From an uncultured Armatimonadetes bacterium (GTDB lineage: Bacteria; Armatimonadota; Hebobacteria; Hebobacterales; Hebobacteraceae), in NCBI GenBank assembly GCA_963716175.1, contig OY970296.1, positions 2,112,001 to 2,176,000 on the forward strand: 64,000 nt of DNA, given 5' to 3'. How positions within the stretch are numbered: position 1 is the stretch's first letter; every line of letters starts with the position of its first letter. A program made the translations under genes and the position numbers. The notes below the pieces were generated by a model. It was not told where the DNA came from and made no database searches. It saw only the letters and a program-made list of their open reading frames with translations. Positions 18,678 through 30,146 of this stretch are shown here, piece by piece.

Positions 18678-18893
18678 ATGGACCGCACCCAAGCCGAGGC
18701 TTATGCTCTCCACATGCTGGGCTTCATCCGGGAGCAGTGGCCCGCACTGGAGATGGCCGCTCTGGAGGTGGGCCGGGACGAGAAGAATGACCTGCTCTGG
18801 TGCAAGGTCCACCGCTCCGAGGAGGCCCGCACCCATGGAGGCGGCTATCTGTTCACCGTGGCCTACCTGGACCGGATGCTGATAGGGGGGTAG
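18678..18893 (+). CDS. Hypothetical protein (71 aa)
   Basis: GGGAGG RBS, ATG, codon usage like its neighbours. Confidence 0.6.
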   Translation: MDRTQAEAYALHMLGFIREQWPALEMAALEVGRDEKNDLLWCKVHRSEEARTHGGGYLFTVAYLDRMLIGG

Positions 18894-18915
18894 CGCCTGG
18901 GGCTGGTGTTGCCAC

Positions 18916-20304
18916 TCATCCTCCACTGGGCCGCGCCACCAGGTCGTAGGGCTGGGCCTGGACAACTCGGGCCTGGATGAACCGGCCGGGCTGGAGGCGG
19001 AGACGGCCGGCGTTGACGATGACTGATCCGTCTATCTCAGGCGCGTCCCGGAAGCTGCGACCGATCCATCGGCCGCGCGATGGGCCTCGGGATTCGACCA
19101 GCACCTCGAGCTCGCGCGCGACCCAGCGCTGATTCCGGGCGAGCGAGATCGCCTGCTGGCGCATCATCAGCCGGTGATACCGATCCTGCGCTACCTCGGT
19201 CGGAACCTGGTCCAGCATCGCGGCGGCCGGAGTGCCGGCCTCCGATGAGTAGATGAACCCGCCGGCCCGGTCCAACTGAGCCGCGTCGAGGAAACCCAGC
19301 AGGCCCTCAAACGCTTCCTCGGTCTCGCCCGGGAATCCCACCAGGAAGGTGCTGCGGATGGCAATGTCCGGCATGGCCGAGCGCAGCCGTGCGATCAGCT
19401 TGAGATGACTGTCGCCGTCCCCCGGCCGGCCCATGCGGCGCAGCAACTCTCGGTCGGCATGCTGGAAGGGCACATCAATGTACTTGCAGATGGCGGGCCG
19501 ACTTGCCATCACCTCGATCAGGCGGTCGGCTATGCGGCTGGGGAAAGTGTAGAGCAGGCGGATCCAGTGCAGGTCGGGGATGGCGGCCAGACCGGCGAGC
19601 AGGCCGGCGAGATCAGGGCCGGCCAGATCCCGGCCATAAGCGGTAGTGTCCTGGGCGATGAGGTTGATCTCCCGCACGCCGCTGGCGGCCAAGCTCCGGG
19701 CCTCCCGCAACACGGACTCGAAGTTGCGGCTGCGATAGGGGCCGCGCAGGCGAGGGATGACGCAGAAGCGACAGCGGTGGTCGCAGCCCTCGGCGATCTT
19801 GAGGTAAGCCGTCCATGGTGGGGTAGCCCTCAGCCGCGGGACGGCGTCATTGTAGAGGTAGGAGGGCGGCGCGGCCGGCCGCTCTGCTCCTGCGCCGGCA
19901 ATCGCCCCGCGGATGATGGAGACGATATCGGCGATATCACCCGGGCCCAGGAAAGCGTCTATCTCCGGGAACTGAGCGCGGAGATGCCCTGCCTCCATCT
20001 CTGGCCAGCACCCGGCGCAGACCACCGCCTGGGCCTTGCCCGCGCGCCGCATCGCCACCGCCTCGGCCAGGGCCTGAGCCGACTCCTGCCGCGCCGGGGC
20101 GATGAAGCAGCAGGTATTCACCAGAAGCACATCGGCCTGGTCGGGCTGGGTGACGATGGTGAAGCCAGCCTCCTGCAGCAAGCCCAGCATCACCTCGGTA
20201 TCAACCAGGTTCTTGGGGCACCCCAGGGAGATGACGCCGACCGTCACCGGGGGACGCCTGGTGAGGCCATCAGGCAAGTTCAGGTGGGAGGTGCTGTCTG
20301 CCAT
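18916..20304 (-). CDS. rimO: Ribosomal protein S12 methylthiotransferase
   Basis: SLGCPKNLVDTE, AYLKIAEGCDHRCRFC radical-SAM motif, DAPEIDG TRAM domain. Confidence 0.97.
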   Translation of the reverse strand: MADSTSHLNLPDGLTRRPPVTVGVISLGCPKNLVDTEVMLGLLQEAGFTIVTQPDQADVLLVNTCCFIAPARQESAQALAEAVAMRRAGKAQAVVCAGCWPEMEAGHLRAQFPEIDAFLGPGDIADIVSIIRGAIAGAGAERPAAPPSYLYNDAVPRLRATPPWTAYLKIAEGCDHRCRFCVIPRLRGPYRSRNFESVLREARSLAASGVREINLIAQDTTAYGRDLAGPDLAGLLAGLAAIPDLHWIRLLYTFPSRIADRLIEVMASRPAICKYIDVPFQHADRELLRRMGRPGDGDSHLKLIARLRSAMPDIAIRSTFLVGFPGETEEAFEGLLGFLDAAQLDRAGGFIYSSEAGTPAAAMLDQVPTEVAQDRYHRLMMRQQAISLARNQRWVARELEVLVESRGPSRGRWIGRSFRDAPEIDGSVIVNAGRLRLQPGRFIQARVVQAQPYDLVARPSGG

Positions 20305-20344
20305 CGAGATTGCCTGTATGGGAGGGGCAGGCTGGGCACCTGCG

Positions 20345-22458
20345 CTACTGCTCGGCGATGGTGATGCGCGCGTCCAGCGCCACTGCGCCGGCCCCGGGCT
20401 CGCCCACCTTAAGTGGGTTGACGTCCATCTCCACGATCTCGGGAAAGTCGGTGACCAACTGGGAAAGGATCAGCAAGCAGTTGACGATCGCCTCCAGATC
20501 GCAGGGCCGCTCCCCGCGCTGCCATGCAGCAGGGGAGCGGCGCGGATCTCCTCCACCATGCGCCGTGCGTGGCGGGGCCCGAAGGGGGCCACCCGGAAGG
20601 TCACGTCTCTCAGCACCTCGACATAGATGCCGCCGAGCCCGAACATCACCAGAGGGCCAAACTGAGGATCGCGGGTGCTGCCCAGGATCACCTCCCGGCC
20701 AGAGGGCACCATCTCCTGGACCGAGACGCCGCGCAGATCGGCGTTCGGCGCGAAGCGCCGGATGCGCAGCATCATCAGCTCGAATGCGTCCATCGCCTCC
20801 TGCCGGCTGCCGATGCCCAGCCGCACCCCGCCGACATCCGACTTGTGGAGGATGTCCGGCGAGACGATCTTCATCACCACCGGGTATCCGATCTCGTCGG
20901 CGTGCCCGGCCGCCTCCTCCGCGCTGTGGGCGAGGGCGCTCTTGGGGACCCGGATGCGATAGGCCTGAAGCACCTCCCTGGCCTCCAGCTCGCCGAGGTT
21001 CACGCGCCCCTGCTGGTGGATGCGATCGAAGATGGCCCTGACCGCCTCCTGATCCCCCGGGAAGCACACCGCCTCATCTGGCGGCTCCTCTCGCCACTCC
21101 TGATAGCGAGCCATCTCGGCCAGGGCCTGCACCGCACGCTCGGGGAAGGGGTAATTGGGCACCCGGTGGCGGCCCAGGAAATCCGTCGCCTCTTTCATAG
21201 CATCGCCCCCCATGAAGCAGGCGAGCACGGGTTTCCGGCAACCAGACATGGCCCGGGCAAGCTCCTGAGCGGTGGCTCTGGGCTGAGTCACGGCCTGGGG
21301 CGTGAGCAAGGCGATGGCCGCATCCACGCCATCGTCCTTGAGCACGGTCTCAGCGGCAAAGCCATAGCGCTCAGCATCGGCGTCGCCAAGGGCGTCGATC
21401 GGGTTGTAGAAGTTGGCCGCCTCCGGCAGGCGGGTGCGCAGCGCCTCCACCGTCTTGGGATCGAGGGAAGCCAGCTTGAGCCCCTGCTTCTCCACGGCAT
21501 CGGTGGCCATGATGCCCGGGCCCCCGGCGTTCGTGATGATCGCCACTTGGCGCCCGCGGGGAAGCCCCTGGTAGGCAAAGGCGATGGCGAGGTCAAACAG
21601 CTCCTCCAGCGAGTGGGCGCGGATCACCCCTGACTGCAGGAAGGCGGCGCTGTAGGCTTGCTCCAGGCCGGCGAGGCTGCCGGTGTGAGAGGAAACGGCG
21701 CGAGCGCCAGCCTGCGTGCTGCCGGATTTGACCACGATCACCGGCTTGCGCGCCGACACCTGCCGCGCCACCTCCATGAACTCCGGACCGTGCGCCAGAC
21801 CCTCGATGTAGGCCACGATCACTTCGGTCTCGGCGTCATGCTCCCAGGCGCGGAGGAAGTCCACCACCCCCACGTCCACCCCGTTGCCGAAGCTCACGAA
21901 CTTGCTGTAGCCGATGCCCTGCTGCACGGACCAGTCCAGGATGGCGGTGGCGAGCGCGCCCGACTGAGACATGAGCGCGAGTGAGCCGCGCTTGGGGAAC
22001 ACCGGGGCGAAGGAGGCATTGAGGCCGGTGGCGGTGGCGATCACCCCCAGGCAGTTGGGGCCCACCACCCGAATGCCATGGCGCCTGGCCACTTCCGCGA
22101 GCTTGCGCTCCCTCTCTACGCCCTCCGGACCCGCTTCCTTGAAGCCGGCCGAGATCACCACCGCGGCGGCGATGCCTTTCTGGCCGCACTCCTCCATCAC
22201 CGCCCCCACCGCGGGCGCGGGCACCACCACCACCGCCAGGTCAACAGGGCCCTCGATATCCAGGACGCTGGGATAGCAGGGCCGGCCCAGAATCTCGGTG
22301 GCGTGAGGGTTGATGGGATGGACGGCTCCCTGGTAGCCGGAGGAGAGCATATTGCGGAGGATATCGTGGCCCACCTTGCCGGGCCGGGTGGAGGCGCCGA
22401 TGATGGCCACCGAAGCGGGGGCGAAGAAACGTTGCAGTGCGGTGTTGCCGGTGGCCAC
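20345..22458 (-). CDS. ADP-forming acetate/acyl-CoA ligase, fused alpha-beta (frameshift near 20520)
   Basis: VGPNCLG, SQSGA, AVSSHTGSLAG, KIVSPDILHKSDVGGV; tail EMDVNPL...ALDAR in another frame. Confidence 0.93.
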
Positions 22459-22468
22459 CGCCAGGTCC

Positions 22469-23266
22469 CTATCCTTCCAGCCGGCCCGCGCGAAAGGCCT
22501 GGAGGTACCCCAGACACATATCGTCCCGGCCCAGCAGGGCCTCGCCGGCGCAAGCCACAGCCATCAGGCCGTCGTCCAGGGGGTCGAGAATGGCTGCGTC
22601 GAGGCCCCGCGCCATGGCCATGGCAAGGAAAACGCGATTCAGCAGGGGCCGGGCGGGCATCTGAAATGAGACATTGCTGAGGCCGCAGATGATATGGACG
22701 CCTGGCAGCGTCTCCCGGATGCCGGCCACCGCGTCCAGAAAGGCCGCGCCCTGCTCGCCTTCCAGACCCACGGCCCGCGCCAGCGGGTCAATGAACAGGT
22801 CGGCCAGCAGCAGGCCCGCCGCCCGGGCCGCCTCCCCCAGTCGCAGAGCGATGGCGATGCGCTGCTGGGCGGTCTGGGGCAGGCCGGAGTCATCGAGGGT
22901 GAGAGCAACCAGCCGGGCGCCGTGCTCTCGCGCCAGGGAGAAGACGGGCTCGAGACGGCTCTGCTCCGCGCTGGCCGAGTTAAGCAGGGCCTGGCCGCGA
23001 TGGGCCTCCAGGCCGGCGCGGAGCGCAGACGGATTCGCAGAGTCAATGCAGAGTGGCTTCTCGGTGGCGGCCTGAACGGTCTCGACCAACCACACCAGGT
23101 CGGCAGGCTCACGCTCGGGCCCGGTGCCAGCGTTGACATCGAGGTAGTCGGCGCCGGCCCGCGCTTGCCGCGCCGCCTCCTGCGCGATGATCTGCGCGTC
23201 CCGCGCCATCACCGCTTCCCGGATACGCTTGCCCGTCCCGTTGATGCGCTCGCCCACGATGATCAT
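22469..23266 (-). CDS. Methyltetrahydrofolate:corrinoid methyltransferase (AcsE-like pterin-binding protein)
   Basis: MIIVGERING, GADYLDVNAG, PLCIDS, GLSNVSF, GLDAAILDP. Confidence 0.9.
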   Translation of the reverse strand: MIIVGERINGTGKRIREAVMARDAQIIAQEAARQARAGADYLDVNAGTGPEREPADLVWLVETVQAATEKPLCIDSANPSALRAGLEAHRGQALLNSASAEQSRLEPVFSLAREHGARLVALTLDDSGLPQTAQQRIAIALRLGEAARAAGLLLADLFIDPLARAVGLEGEQGAAFLDAVAGIRETLPGVHIICGLSNVSFQMPARPLLNRVFLAMAMARGLDAAILDPLDDGLMAVACAGEALLGRDDMCLGYLQAFRAGRLEG

Positions 23267-23305
23267 GCCGTCTTCTCTTCCGCAATCTGGCGTGCTGTGG
23301 CCAGG

Positions 23306-24238
23306 TCAGTGCGCGACCCGCGCGGCGTAAGTGTCCTCCAGCCCGCGGATCAGGCCCGCCAGCGCCTGGTTGACCGGGGTGGCCACACCCAGGGTCGCGC
23401 TCTCTCGCACCACCGCCCCGTTGATCGCATCCACTTCAGTGCGCCGCTGCCGGTAGAAGTCCTGGAGCATGGAGTTCATGTTGTTAGCCGTCCGCTGGCA
23501 GATCTCCTCGGCATGGGCAACCATGTCCGGGTAGGGCAGCCGGATGCGCTTTGCCTCCGCCACCGCCTGCACTTCCGTCACCACCAGCCGCAGAACCTCA
23601 CGCAAGTTGGCCGATTCCATGATGCCACCATTGCGCAGTTGCGCGAGCGTGGCCACGGCGTTGATGCCGGCATTGACCGCGAGCTTCCCCCAGAGCACCG
23701 CCTGGAGCTGGGTGGTGAACTCGACTTGCAGGCGGGCCTGGGAGAAGGCATCGCCGACGGCGGCCAGGCGCTCGCTCAACTCCCCGGAGGGCTCCCCCAT
23801 GATCGTGCCGCCGCTGCCGGCATGGTGCACCTGGCCCGGCGCGATCAGGGTGGCGGCCTGGGAGGTGACTCCGGCGACGACGCGCTCGGAGCCCAGTGCT
23901 TGCTGGAGGGTCTCGAGATTGCCAAGGCCGTTCTGCAGCGTTAGCACGGTAGTCCCGGCACCGACCAGGGGCTGGGCAGACGCGGCCGCCGCGGAGGTAT
24001 CATAGGACTTGACCGCGATCAGCACCAGGTCAACGGAGCCGACGTCGCGGGGCGCGGTAGTGGCGTGCACCGGCGAGCGGAACTCACCCGAGATGCCCGA
24101 GATCCAGATGCCGCGGCGATCCAGCAGCCGGGCGCGATCCGGGTGCCGGTCAATGAGCCAGATATCATGGCCGCCCTGGCTGAGCAGACCTGCGAAGAGA
24201 CAACCTATGCTACCGGGCCCGACTATGGCGATTCTCAT
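23306..24238 (-). CDS. panE: 2-dehydropantoate 2-reductase
   Basis: GPGSIG, AVKSY, LQNGLG, WGKLAVNAGIN, SMLQD...RRTEVDAING. Confidence 0.95.
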   Translation of the reverse strand: MRIAIVGPGSIGCLFAGLLSQGGHDIWLIDRHPDRARLLDRRGIWISGISGEFRSPVHATTAPRDVGSVDLVLIAVKSYDTSAAAASAQPLVGAGTTVLTLQNGLGNLETLQQALGSERVVAGVTSQAATLIAPGQVHHAGSGGTIMGEPSGELSERLAAVGDAFSQARLQVEFTTQLQAVLWGKLAVNAGINAVATLAQLRNGGIMESANLREVLRLVVTEVQAVAEAKRIRLPYPDMVAHAEEICQRTANNMNSMLQDFYRQRRTEVDAINGAVVRESATLGVATPVNQALAGLIRGLEDTYAARVAH

Positions 24239-24253
24239 CAGCTCCCGCCTGAT

Positions 24254-25557
24254 CTATCGCGGCTTCTCCCACTTCTCCAGCTCGGCCAGCTCGCCGTAAG
24301 TGCCACCCCGGACGATCTCTTCCCGAATGCGGTTCTCCCGCTCATACCACTCCATCCCCCGGTTCGCCCATTCCACGGCGTGGTCTCGCGGGATGCGAAC
24401 CACTCCGTCATCGTCGCCCACAATCCAATCGCCCGGCTCCACCACCTCGCCGGCGATGGTGATGGAGACCCCGATCTCCCCCAGGCCCCTGGGCTCGCCG
24501 GCGTTGGGGCAGATGTGACGGGCGAAGGCCGGGAAGTTGAGGGAGCGGATGTCCCCGCTGTCGCGGATGGCCCCGTCAATCACCACCCCGGCAACTTTCC
24601 GGTTCATGGCGCTGCGGGAGGCCATCTCCCCCACACCGCGGGCGGCACGCCACCGGCCTCGATCACGATCACCTCCCCTGGCTTGGCCTGATCTATCGCT
24701 TCCACGGGCTTGGCGTAGTCGCCCGTCGCGGTCCTCACGGTGAGAGCGGGGCCCACCACCTTCATGCCAGGAGCAATGGGACGCAGGCCAGGCAGGACTC
24801 CCCGGCGATGCATGGCATCGGAGAGATTGGCGGCGGAGATGGCCATCAAGGTCTCCCGCAGCTGGCCCTCGGAGACGCGCTTATAGAGCGTGGTAGGAAT
24901 GCTCACCCCCTCCGTGATCGCCCGCTTCAGGTCGGCGGTAGCCTGCCTGGCATCGGGAGCCTTGGAGATCGCGCCTCCCACGATCACCACAGAGGCGCCT
25001 GCCTGCACGGCTTGCACGGCGTTCTCGGAATGGATGCCGCCGGCCACGCAGAGGGGCACCTCCACCGCCTCCGCCACCGCGCGCAGCAGCCGGAAGGGGT
25101 CGGCGCCGCGCATCTGCATATCTATCGCCACATGGACATCAATGAAATCAACCCCTAGCTCTGCCACCTGCCTAGCTCTTGCTATGGGATCGGCCGCACC
25201 TAACAGGTCGGCCACGATCTTGGCGCCATACTCGCGGCCGGCCTCGACGCATTCGGCAATGGTTGGGTCCGGGGCGGCGGCCAGGACATGCACGATCTGA
25301 GCTCCCGCCTTGGCCGCTGCCTCCACCTCGATGCGGCCCGCGTCCATGACCTTCATGTCCGCCGCGATCGGCAGCTTGGGGAATTGCCCGCGCAGAGTCC
25401 GAACCACATCCAGGCCAACGCTCTTGATCAGGGGGGTGCCGGCCTCCAGGATATCCGCACCCCCGGCGACGGCCTCGGCCGCCACCTTGAGGGCGCGGTC
25501 GAGCTCCAGGAAATCGAGCGCGACTTGAAGGAGCGCTGCTTGCGATCGTTCTCTCAT
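24254..25557 (-). CDS. 3-hexulose-6-phosphate synthase / RraA-family (HMG aldolase-like) fusion (frameshift in G-run near 24630)
   Basis: LQVALD, EAGTPLIKSVG, ADMKVMDAG (HPS); NLSDAMH, AVWG/EMAS, VIDGAIRD, IVGDDDGVV (RraA). Confidence 0.9.
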
Positions 25558-25733
25558 GCCACCTTCTTCCATCTCCACAGACTGTCCGGCAACAGGCGGG
25601 AGCCCGCGGAAGGGCTTCCCCACCGACTGTGGCAGGAGGCGAGCTTACCCGCCTCGGGCGGCCTCCTGCCCAATGTGAACGGATCCTTCGCTCCGCTCAG
25701 GATGACACATTGGCGGGCATGTGCGTGCCCGCC

Positions 25734-27260
25734 CTACGAACGGCTCACCGCGGTAGCTCGGCCGTCTCTGCGCTCTATCGCCACCGCCTTCCTGCTATGG
25801 AAATCGGTGCTCTGCTCGAAGGCGTAGGCCGCCCGCAGCATGGTCTCCTCGCCGAGCGGCTTCCCCACCAAATGCAGGCCGATGGGCAGCCCCTCGCCGG
25901 AGAACCCGCAGGGGATGGACATGCCCGGCAGCCCCCCCAGGTTCACGGGGATGGTGCAGACATCGGAGAGGTACATCGCCACCGGATCGTCGGTCTTCTC
26001 GCCCAAGCGAAAGGCGACGCTGGGGCTGACCGGTCCCACCAGTAGATCGCAGCGCTCGAAGGCGCGGTCGAAGTCGCGGCGGATCAGGGTTCTGACCTGG
26101 CCCGCCTTCAGGTAGTAGGCATCATAGTACCCGGCGCTCAGAGCATAGGTCCCCAGCATGATGCGCCGCTTCACCTCGGGCCCGAACCCCTCGTCTCTGG
26201 TCTTGCGGTACATCTCGACGATGTCGGCCACTCTCCCCGGAGTCCGGTGACCATATTGCACGCCATCATAGCGGGCCAGGTTCGAGCTGGCCTCGGCGGG
26301 GGCGATGATGTAATAGACGGGGATGGAGTAGTTCAGATGAGGGAGCGAGACTTCCTCGCACTCGGCCCCCAGCTCCTGCAACCGGTCCACGGCCGCGCGG
26401 ACCGCGGCGCCGACTTCGGGCTCCACACCCACGCCCTGGTATTCCATGAACTCCCTCACCAGGCCGATGCGCAGACCCTTCACCTCCGGGACGAGGGCCG
26501 CGGTGTAGTCGGGCGTGGCAAGGTTGATGGACGTCGAATCCCGCGGATCGTGGCCGGCCAGCAGATTCAGCATCAGGGCGCAGTCCCGCACATCCTTGGT
26601 GATAGGGCCCACCTGGTCCAAGGAGCTGGCGAAGGCAATGACACCATAGCGGGAGACGCGGCCGTAGGTGGGCTTGAGGCCGACCACACCGCAGAAGCTG
26701 GCGGGCTGCCGGATCGAGCCCCCGGTGTCGGTGCCCATGGAGACAATGGTCTCTGAAGCCGCCACCGCCGCGGCCGATCCGCCGCTGGAGCCTCCGGGCA
26801 CCCGGTCCAAGTCCCACGGGTTCCGGGTGACGCCCCGGGCCGAGTTCTCCGTGGAGGAACCCATGGCGAACTCGTCCATGTTCGTCTTGCCCAGGAAGAC
26901 CAGGCCGTGCTCTCGGCAGCGCTCGATCACGTGCGCATCATAGGGAGGAACGAAGCCGGCGAGGATGCGAGAGCAGCATGTGGTCTCGATGCCCTTGGTG
27001 CAGTAGATATCCTTGAGCGCAATGGGGATGCCGGCCAACACCGGGAGCTGCTCGCCGCGCGTCCGCCGTTCATCCACCGCGGCCGCCTGCTGCTGGGCCA
27101 GCTCGCGGGTGAGCAGCACGTAAGCGTGGAGCTGCGCGTCCACCGCGGTGATACGGTTCCAGACCGCGTCCAGCAGTTCACGCGCCGAGACCTCTCGTTT
27201 CCTCAGGAGATCCGAGAGCGCGTGGGCAGTCAGATCGTGAAGCTCGGCAGGTGCGCTCAT
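25734..27260 (-). CDS. gatA: Asp/Glu-tRNA amidotransferase subunit A
   Basis: [54 protein letters not shown]. Confidence 0.98.
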   Translation of the reverse strand: MSAPAELHDLTAHALSDLLRKREVSARELLDAVWNRITAVDAQLHAYVLLTRELAQQQAAAVDERRTRGEQLPVLAGIPIALKDIYCTKGIETTCCSRILAGFVPPYDAHVIERCREHGLVFLGKTNMDEFAMGSSTENSARGVTRNPWDLDRVPGGSSGGSAAAVAASETIVSMGTDTGGSIRQPASFCGVVGLKPTYGRVSRYGVIAFASSLDQVGPITKDVRDCALMLNLLAGHDPRDSTSINLATPDYTAALVPEVKGLRIGLVREFMEYQGVGVEPEVGAAVRAAVDRLQELGAECEEVSLPHLNYSIPVYYIIAPAEASSNLARYDGVQYGHRTPGRVADIVEMYRKTRDEGFGPEVKRRIMLGTYALSAGYYDAYYLKAGQVRTLIRRDFDRAFERCDLLVGPVSPSVAFRLGEKTDDPVAMYLSDVCTIPVNLGGLPGMSIPCGFSGEGLPIGLHLVGKPLGEETMLRAAYAFEQSTDFHSRKAVAIERRDGRATAVSRS

Positions 27261-27544
27261 TCGATCACCCGGGGCACGCGGAAACAAGCATTCGCCTGGT
27301 CGGGGGCGTTTTGCAGGGCTTCTTCGGGCAGCAGAGATGACCGGGGCTCATCCTCGCGGAAGACGTTGGACATGGCGACGGCATGAGACATGGCCGGAAC
27401 CCCGGTGGTATCCAGTTGGCGAAGCTGCTCGAAGTGCTCCAGGATGGAGTTGAGCTGAGTGGTGAAGCGTTCCCGCTCCTCTGCGGTCAGCTCGAGCCGG
27501 GCGAGCAGGGCCACGTGTTCGACTTGCTCCGGCGTCAATCGCAT
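27257..27544 (-). CDS. gatC: Asp/Glu-tRNA amidotransferase subunit C
   Basis: [10 protein letters not shown]...NVFRED...NAP...FRVPRVIE. Overlaps the gatA start. Confidence 0.97.
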   Translation of the reverse strand: MRLTPEQVEHVALLARLELTAEERERFTTQLNSILEHFEQLRQLDTTGVPAMSHAVAMSNVFREDEPRSSLLPEEALQNAPDQANACFRVPRVIE

Positions 27545-27567
27545 CAGCTGCTCCTTCGTCGGACGGC

Positions 27568-27623
27568 GGGCGTGCTCGCCCTACAGGAACTGCTGGCGGG
27601 GTCAGGAGGCTCCGCCCTACAGG
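27568..27623. repeat. GTAG-type REP-like doublet
   Basis: Two hairpins each ending GCCCTACAGG (GTAGGGC on minus strand). Related units at 46160-46185 and 53962-54026. Confidence 0.6.
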
Positions 27624-27627
27624 CAGG

Positions 27628-30012
27628 CTACTGCTCGGGCGCGGGCGTGATGGTGAGCCGCGCCCACCGGATGGTGGCCTGGATAACCAGCGCGCCGGTA
27701 TCGGCATTGGGCATCATCGTCTCTTCGTGCACCTGGTTGCGCGGCCCCTCCACCAGCACCACCCGGTGCATGGAGCCGCGGACCAGCCGGTAGGGGCCAT
27801 CCCGGATCTCGATCTCCACATTGGTGAAGTCTCCCCCGTTGACCCCGACCCCCTCCGGCGTGACGTTGGCCTGGGCGCCAATGCCGTTGATCAGCAACTC
27901 GATGCCCTGGGCATCGTACCGGACCACGGAGGTGGTGACGATGCCGCCTTCATCCTGGGTCCGCACATAGATCGGCAGGGGCCGGGCGACGGCCAGGGGA
28001 GCGCCAGGGAAGAGCAGCTCGATCCGCTCGTCTTCCTCGGGATTGGCGGTCCGCGCGGCGCCCAATGGCACCTGATAGAGCTGGTTCGGCGCGCCGTAGA
28101 CGTCAACGCTGGCGGCGCTGCCATCGGGTGACGCCAGGCCGAAGGACCAGTTGGCGTAAGTGGCCGCCCCCACCAGCGGCCAGAGACCCTCGGGCTGTAT
28201 CACCTCCAGGTCCGGCCGCCAGGATAGCAGACGCTGGTGGAAGTCATTGAAGTAGGGGTCGTCCGCGTTCCAGGATTCGTACAGGAAGGTGGGAGTATAG
28301 ACCGCGAAGCCGCGCCCCAGTCCTCTCACCCGGAACCCAGGCCCGTTCTCGCCCACGAATTCCTCCCCCAGGTATTTCCTGACATCGGGTCGGCTCAGGA
28401 ACTGACCCAGGATGTCGGCGAACTTGGCGACATCGGGATCAATCGAGAGCCCGGCCTCGCCCGGTCCCACCGGGATGGCGATGCCAGGCTCCGCGGCCTG
28501 GCCAGGCTCCCCCAGCGAGCCCAACTCGCCAGGCCGGTTCTCCCCCGCGATCTCCGTGTAGCGCATGCCGAGCAGCTCCATCATCACCGGGGGCACACCG
28601 TTCACGGTCCCGTCTGCCTGGTACATGCCAACTCCCGCGTCCACCACTAAGGCCCCGCCGCGCAGCACGAAATCGTTCAATGCCACCTGCGCGGCTTCCG
28701 GCAGATAGAGCGCCATGGGGACGAGGATCGTGCCGTACTGCGATAGATCGGCCTGACCGATGGAGGACAGGGCCAGCACATCCATCTGGCCGTAGCGAGT
28801 GCCCAGCCGGGCCAGTGCGAAAAGGGTGGTGGGCTCGTCGGGAGCAAGGCCGTCGAGGTAGCCGTAGAGACCCTGGCCGTTCCTGGTGGCCCCGCCGGCG
28901 ATCGGCTCATAGACCACGGCGATGCGGGCCAGTGGCTTAGCAGGGAACGCGCCGCTGGCGCGGATGGCGTCAGCGATCTGCCTCACCATGGCGCGCAGGT
29001 CCTCCGACTCCTTCACCACCGACCAGCTGGAGAGGGCCAGGCCGGCCGCGCCGTGGAGCAGGGCCTCGTTCATCCAGTTGGCCGTACGGTTGGCGTCGGA
29101 GTTGCTGTCCACCAGGAAGGTCGGGACAGCGGCGAACTGATTCCCCCGGCGCGCGATGTCCACCGCCTGCACATTGTGAGTCAGCCAGTCCTGCTCCGCC
29201 ACGGTGGGATAAGTGTTCAGGATCAAGCCGTCGAAGTCGGCGCGCACGCTGATGATGGAGCGGTAGTCGGGCAGTGCGGAGGCGAAGACCAAGCGGCCCG
29301 AGTCGGCGCTGTGAAGCGCCTTCGCCCACAGGTCGAGGGCATCAGCATAGGCGTCCTCGCGATACAAGGCAGCGTCAATGCTGGCGCGGCCCAGGCCGCC
29401 CGGGTTCCCGGCGTCAATGTCGCGCGCCCCACTCAGGGTGATGTCGCTCCAGTCGTCGAGGCTTGTCCCCCAGGAGTCATTGAGGCGGGCGAGGGTGCTG
29501 CCGTACCAGTCACGGAGGTAGGCGCGAAACCCATCATCATTCCAGGGGAAGCCATTCGGGGGCACCGCCTCGATGGACCAGCCGACCAGGCCCGGGTGAC
29601 TGCCCAGGCCTGATACGAGCTTACTCACCAAGTCGGTGACGGCCGCGGTATAGGCCTCCGAGGTGGGGTCGGGCGCCATCTGCTGGCCCTCGCTGTCGCG
29701 CAGAGCGTCCGGCGTCACCGCCGCGACCACGGAAAGCCCTCGGGCCTCGGCCTCGGACATCAGCGCCGAGAGCGCCGCGAGCTGCTCCGCGGTGGCGCCG
29801 GAGATCAGCAGATAAGCGGTGTTGAACCCAGCCGCGGCGTAGCCATCCAGGTCGGCCGCTTCTCGCAGCCCGCGCGCCCACATCAGGACCGTGGGCGCAC
29901 CATTCACGCTCACGATGTTGCTTTCCTTGCGGGCTGCCGCCCCGGCCTGCGCGCAGGCCGAGGCGCTGACCACCAGCCAGACCCCAATCAGCAGCCAGCG
30001 TGCCTGTCTCAT
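27628..30012 (-). CDS. Secreted GH42/beta-galactosidase-like protein
   Basis: Signal peptide, FRAYLRDWYG.TL..LNDSWG motif, trimerisation-like domain (ARIAVVY...LSQYG...FVLRGGALV). Confidence 0.7.
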   Translation of the reverse strand: MRQARWLLIGVWLVVSASACAQAGAAARKESNIVSVNGAPTVLMWARGLREAADLDGYAAAGFNTAYLLISGATAEQLAALSALMSEAEARGLSVVAAVTPDALRDSEGQQMAPDPTSEAYTAAVTDLVSKLVSGLGSHPGLVGWSIEAVPPNGFPWNDDGFRAYLRDWYGSTLARLNDSWGTSLDDWSDITLSGARDIDAGNPGGLGRASIDAALYREDAYADALDLWAKALHSADSGRLVFASALPDYRSIISVRADFDGLILNTYPTVAEQDWLTHNVQAVDIARRGNQFAAVPTFLVDSNSDANRTANWMNEALLHGAAGLALSSWSVVKESEDLRAMVRQIADAIRASGAFPAKPLARIAVVYEPIAGGATRNGQGLYGYLDGLAPDEPTTLFALARLGTRYGQMDVLALSSIGQADLSQYGTILVPMALYLPEAAQVALNDFVLRGGALVVDAGVGMYQADGTVNGVPPVMMELLGMRYTEIAGENRPGELGSLGEPGQAAEPGIAIPVGPGEAGLSIDPDVAKFADILGQFLSRPDVRKYLGEEFVGENGPGFRVRGLGRGFAVYTPTFLYESWNADDPYFNDFHQRLLSWRPDLEVIQPEGLWPLVGAATYANWSFGLASPDGSAASVDVYGAPNQLYQVPLGAARTANPEEDERIELLFPGAPLAVARPLPIYVRTQDEGGIVTTSVVRYDAQGIELLINGIGAQANVTPEGVGVNGGDFTNVEIEIRDGPYRLVRGSMHRVVLVEGPRNQVHEETMMPNADTGALVIQATIRWARLTITPAPEQ

Positions 30013-30146
30013 GCTCCTATCCCCTACCACCGATGATCCCGCGGGCCAGAAGTTCGGCGAGGAACCCGCAGGTCCCTCGCCGGCTCATGGCCCGACATCG
30101 CACAATTCTCCGTAAACACAGCCTCCCTGCCCACAACACGCCCTGG

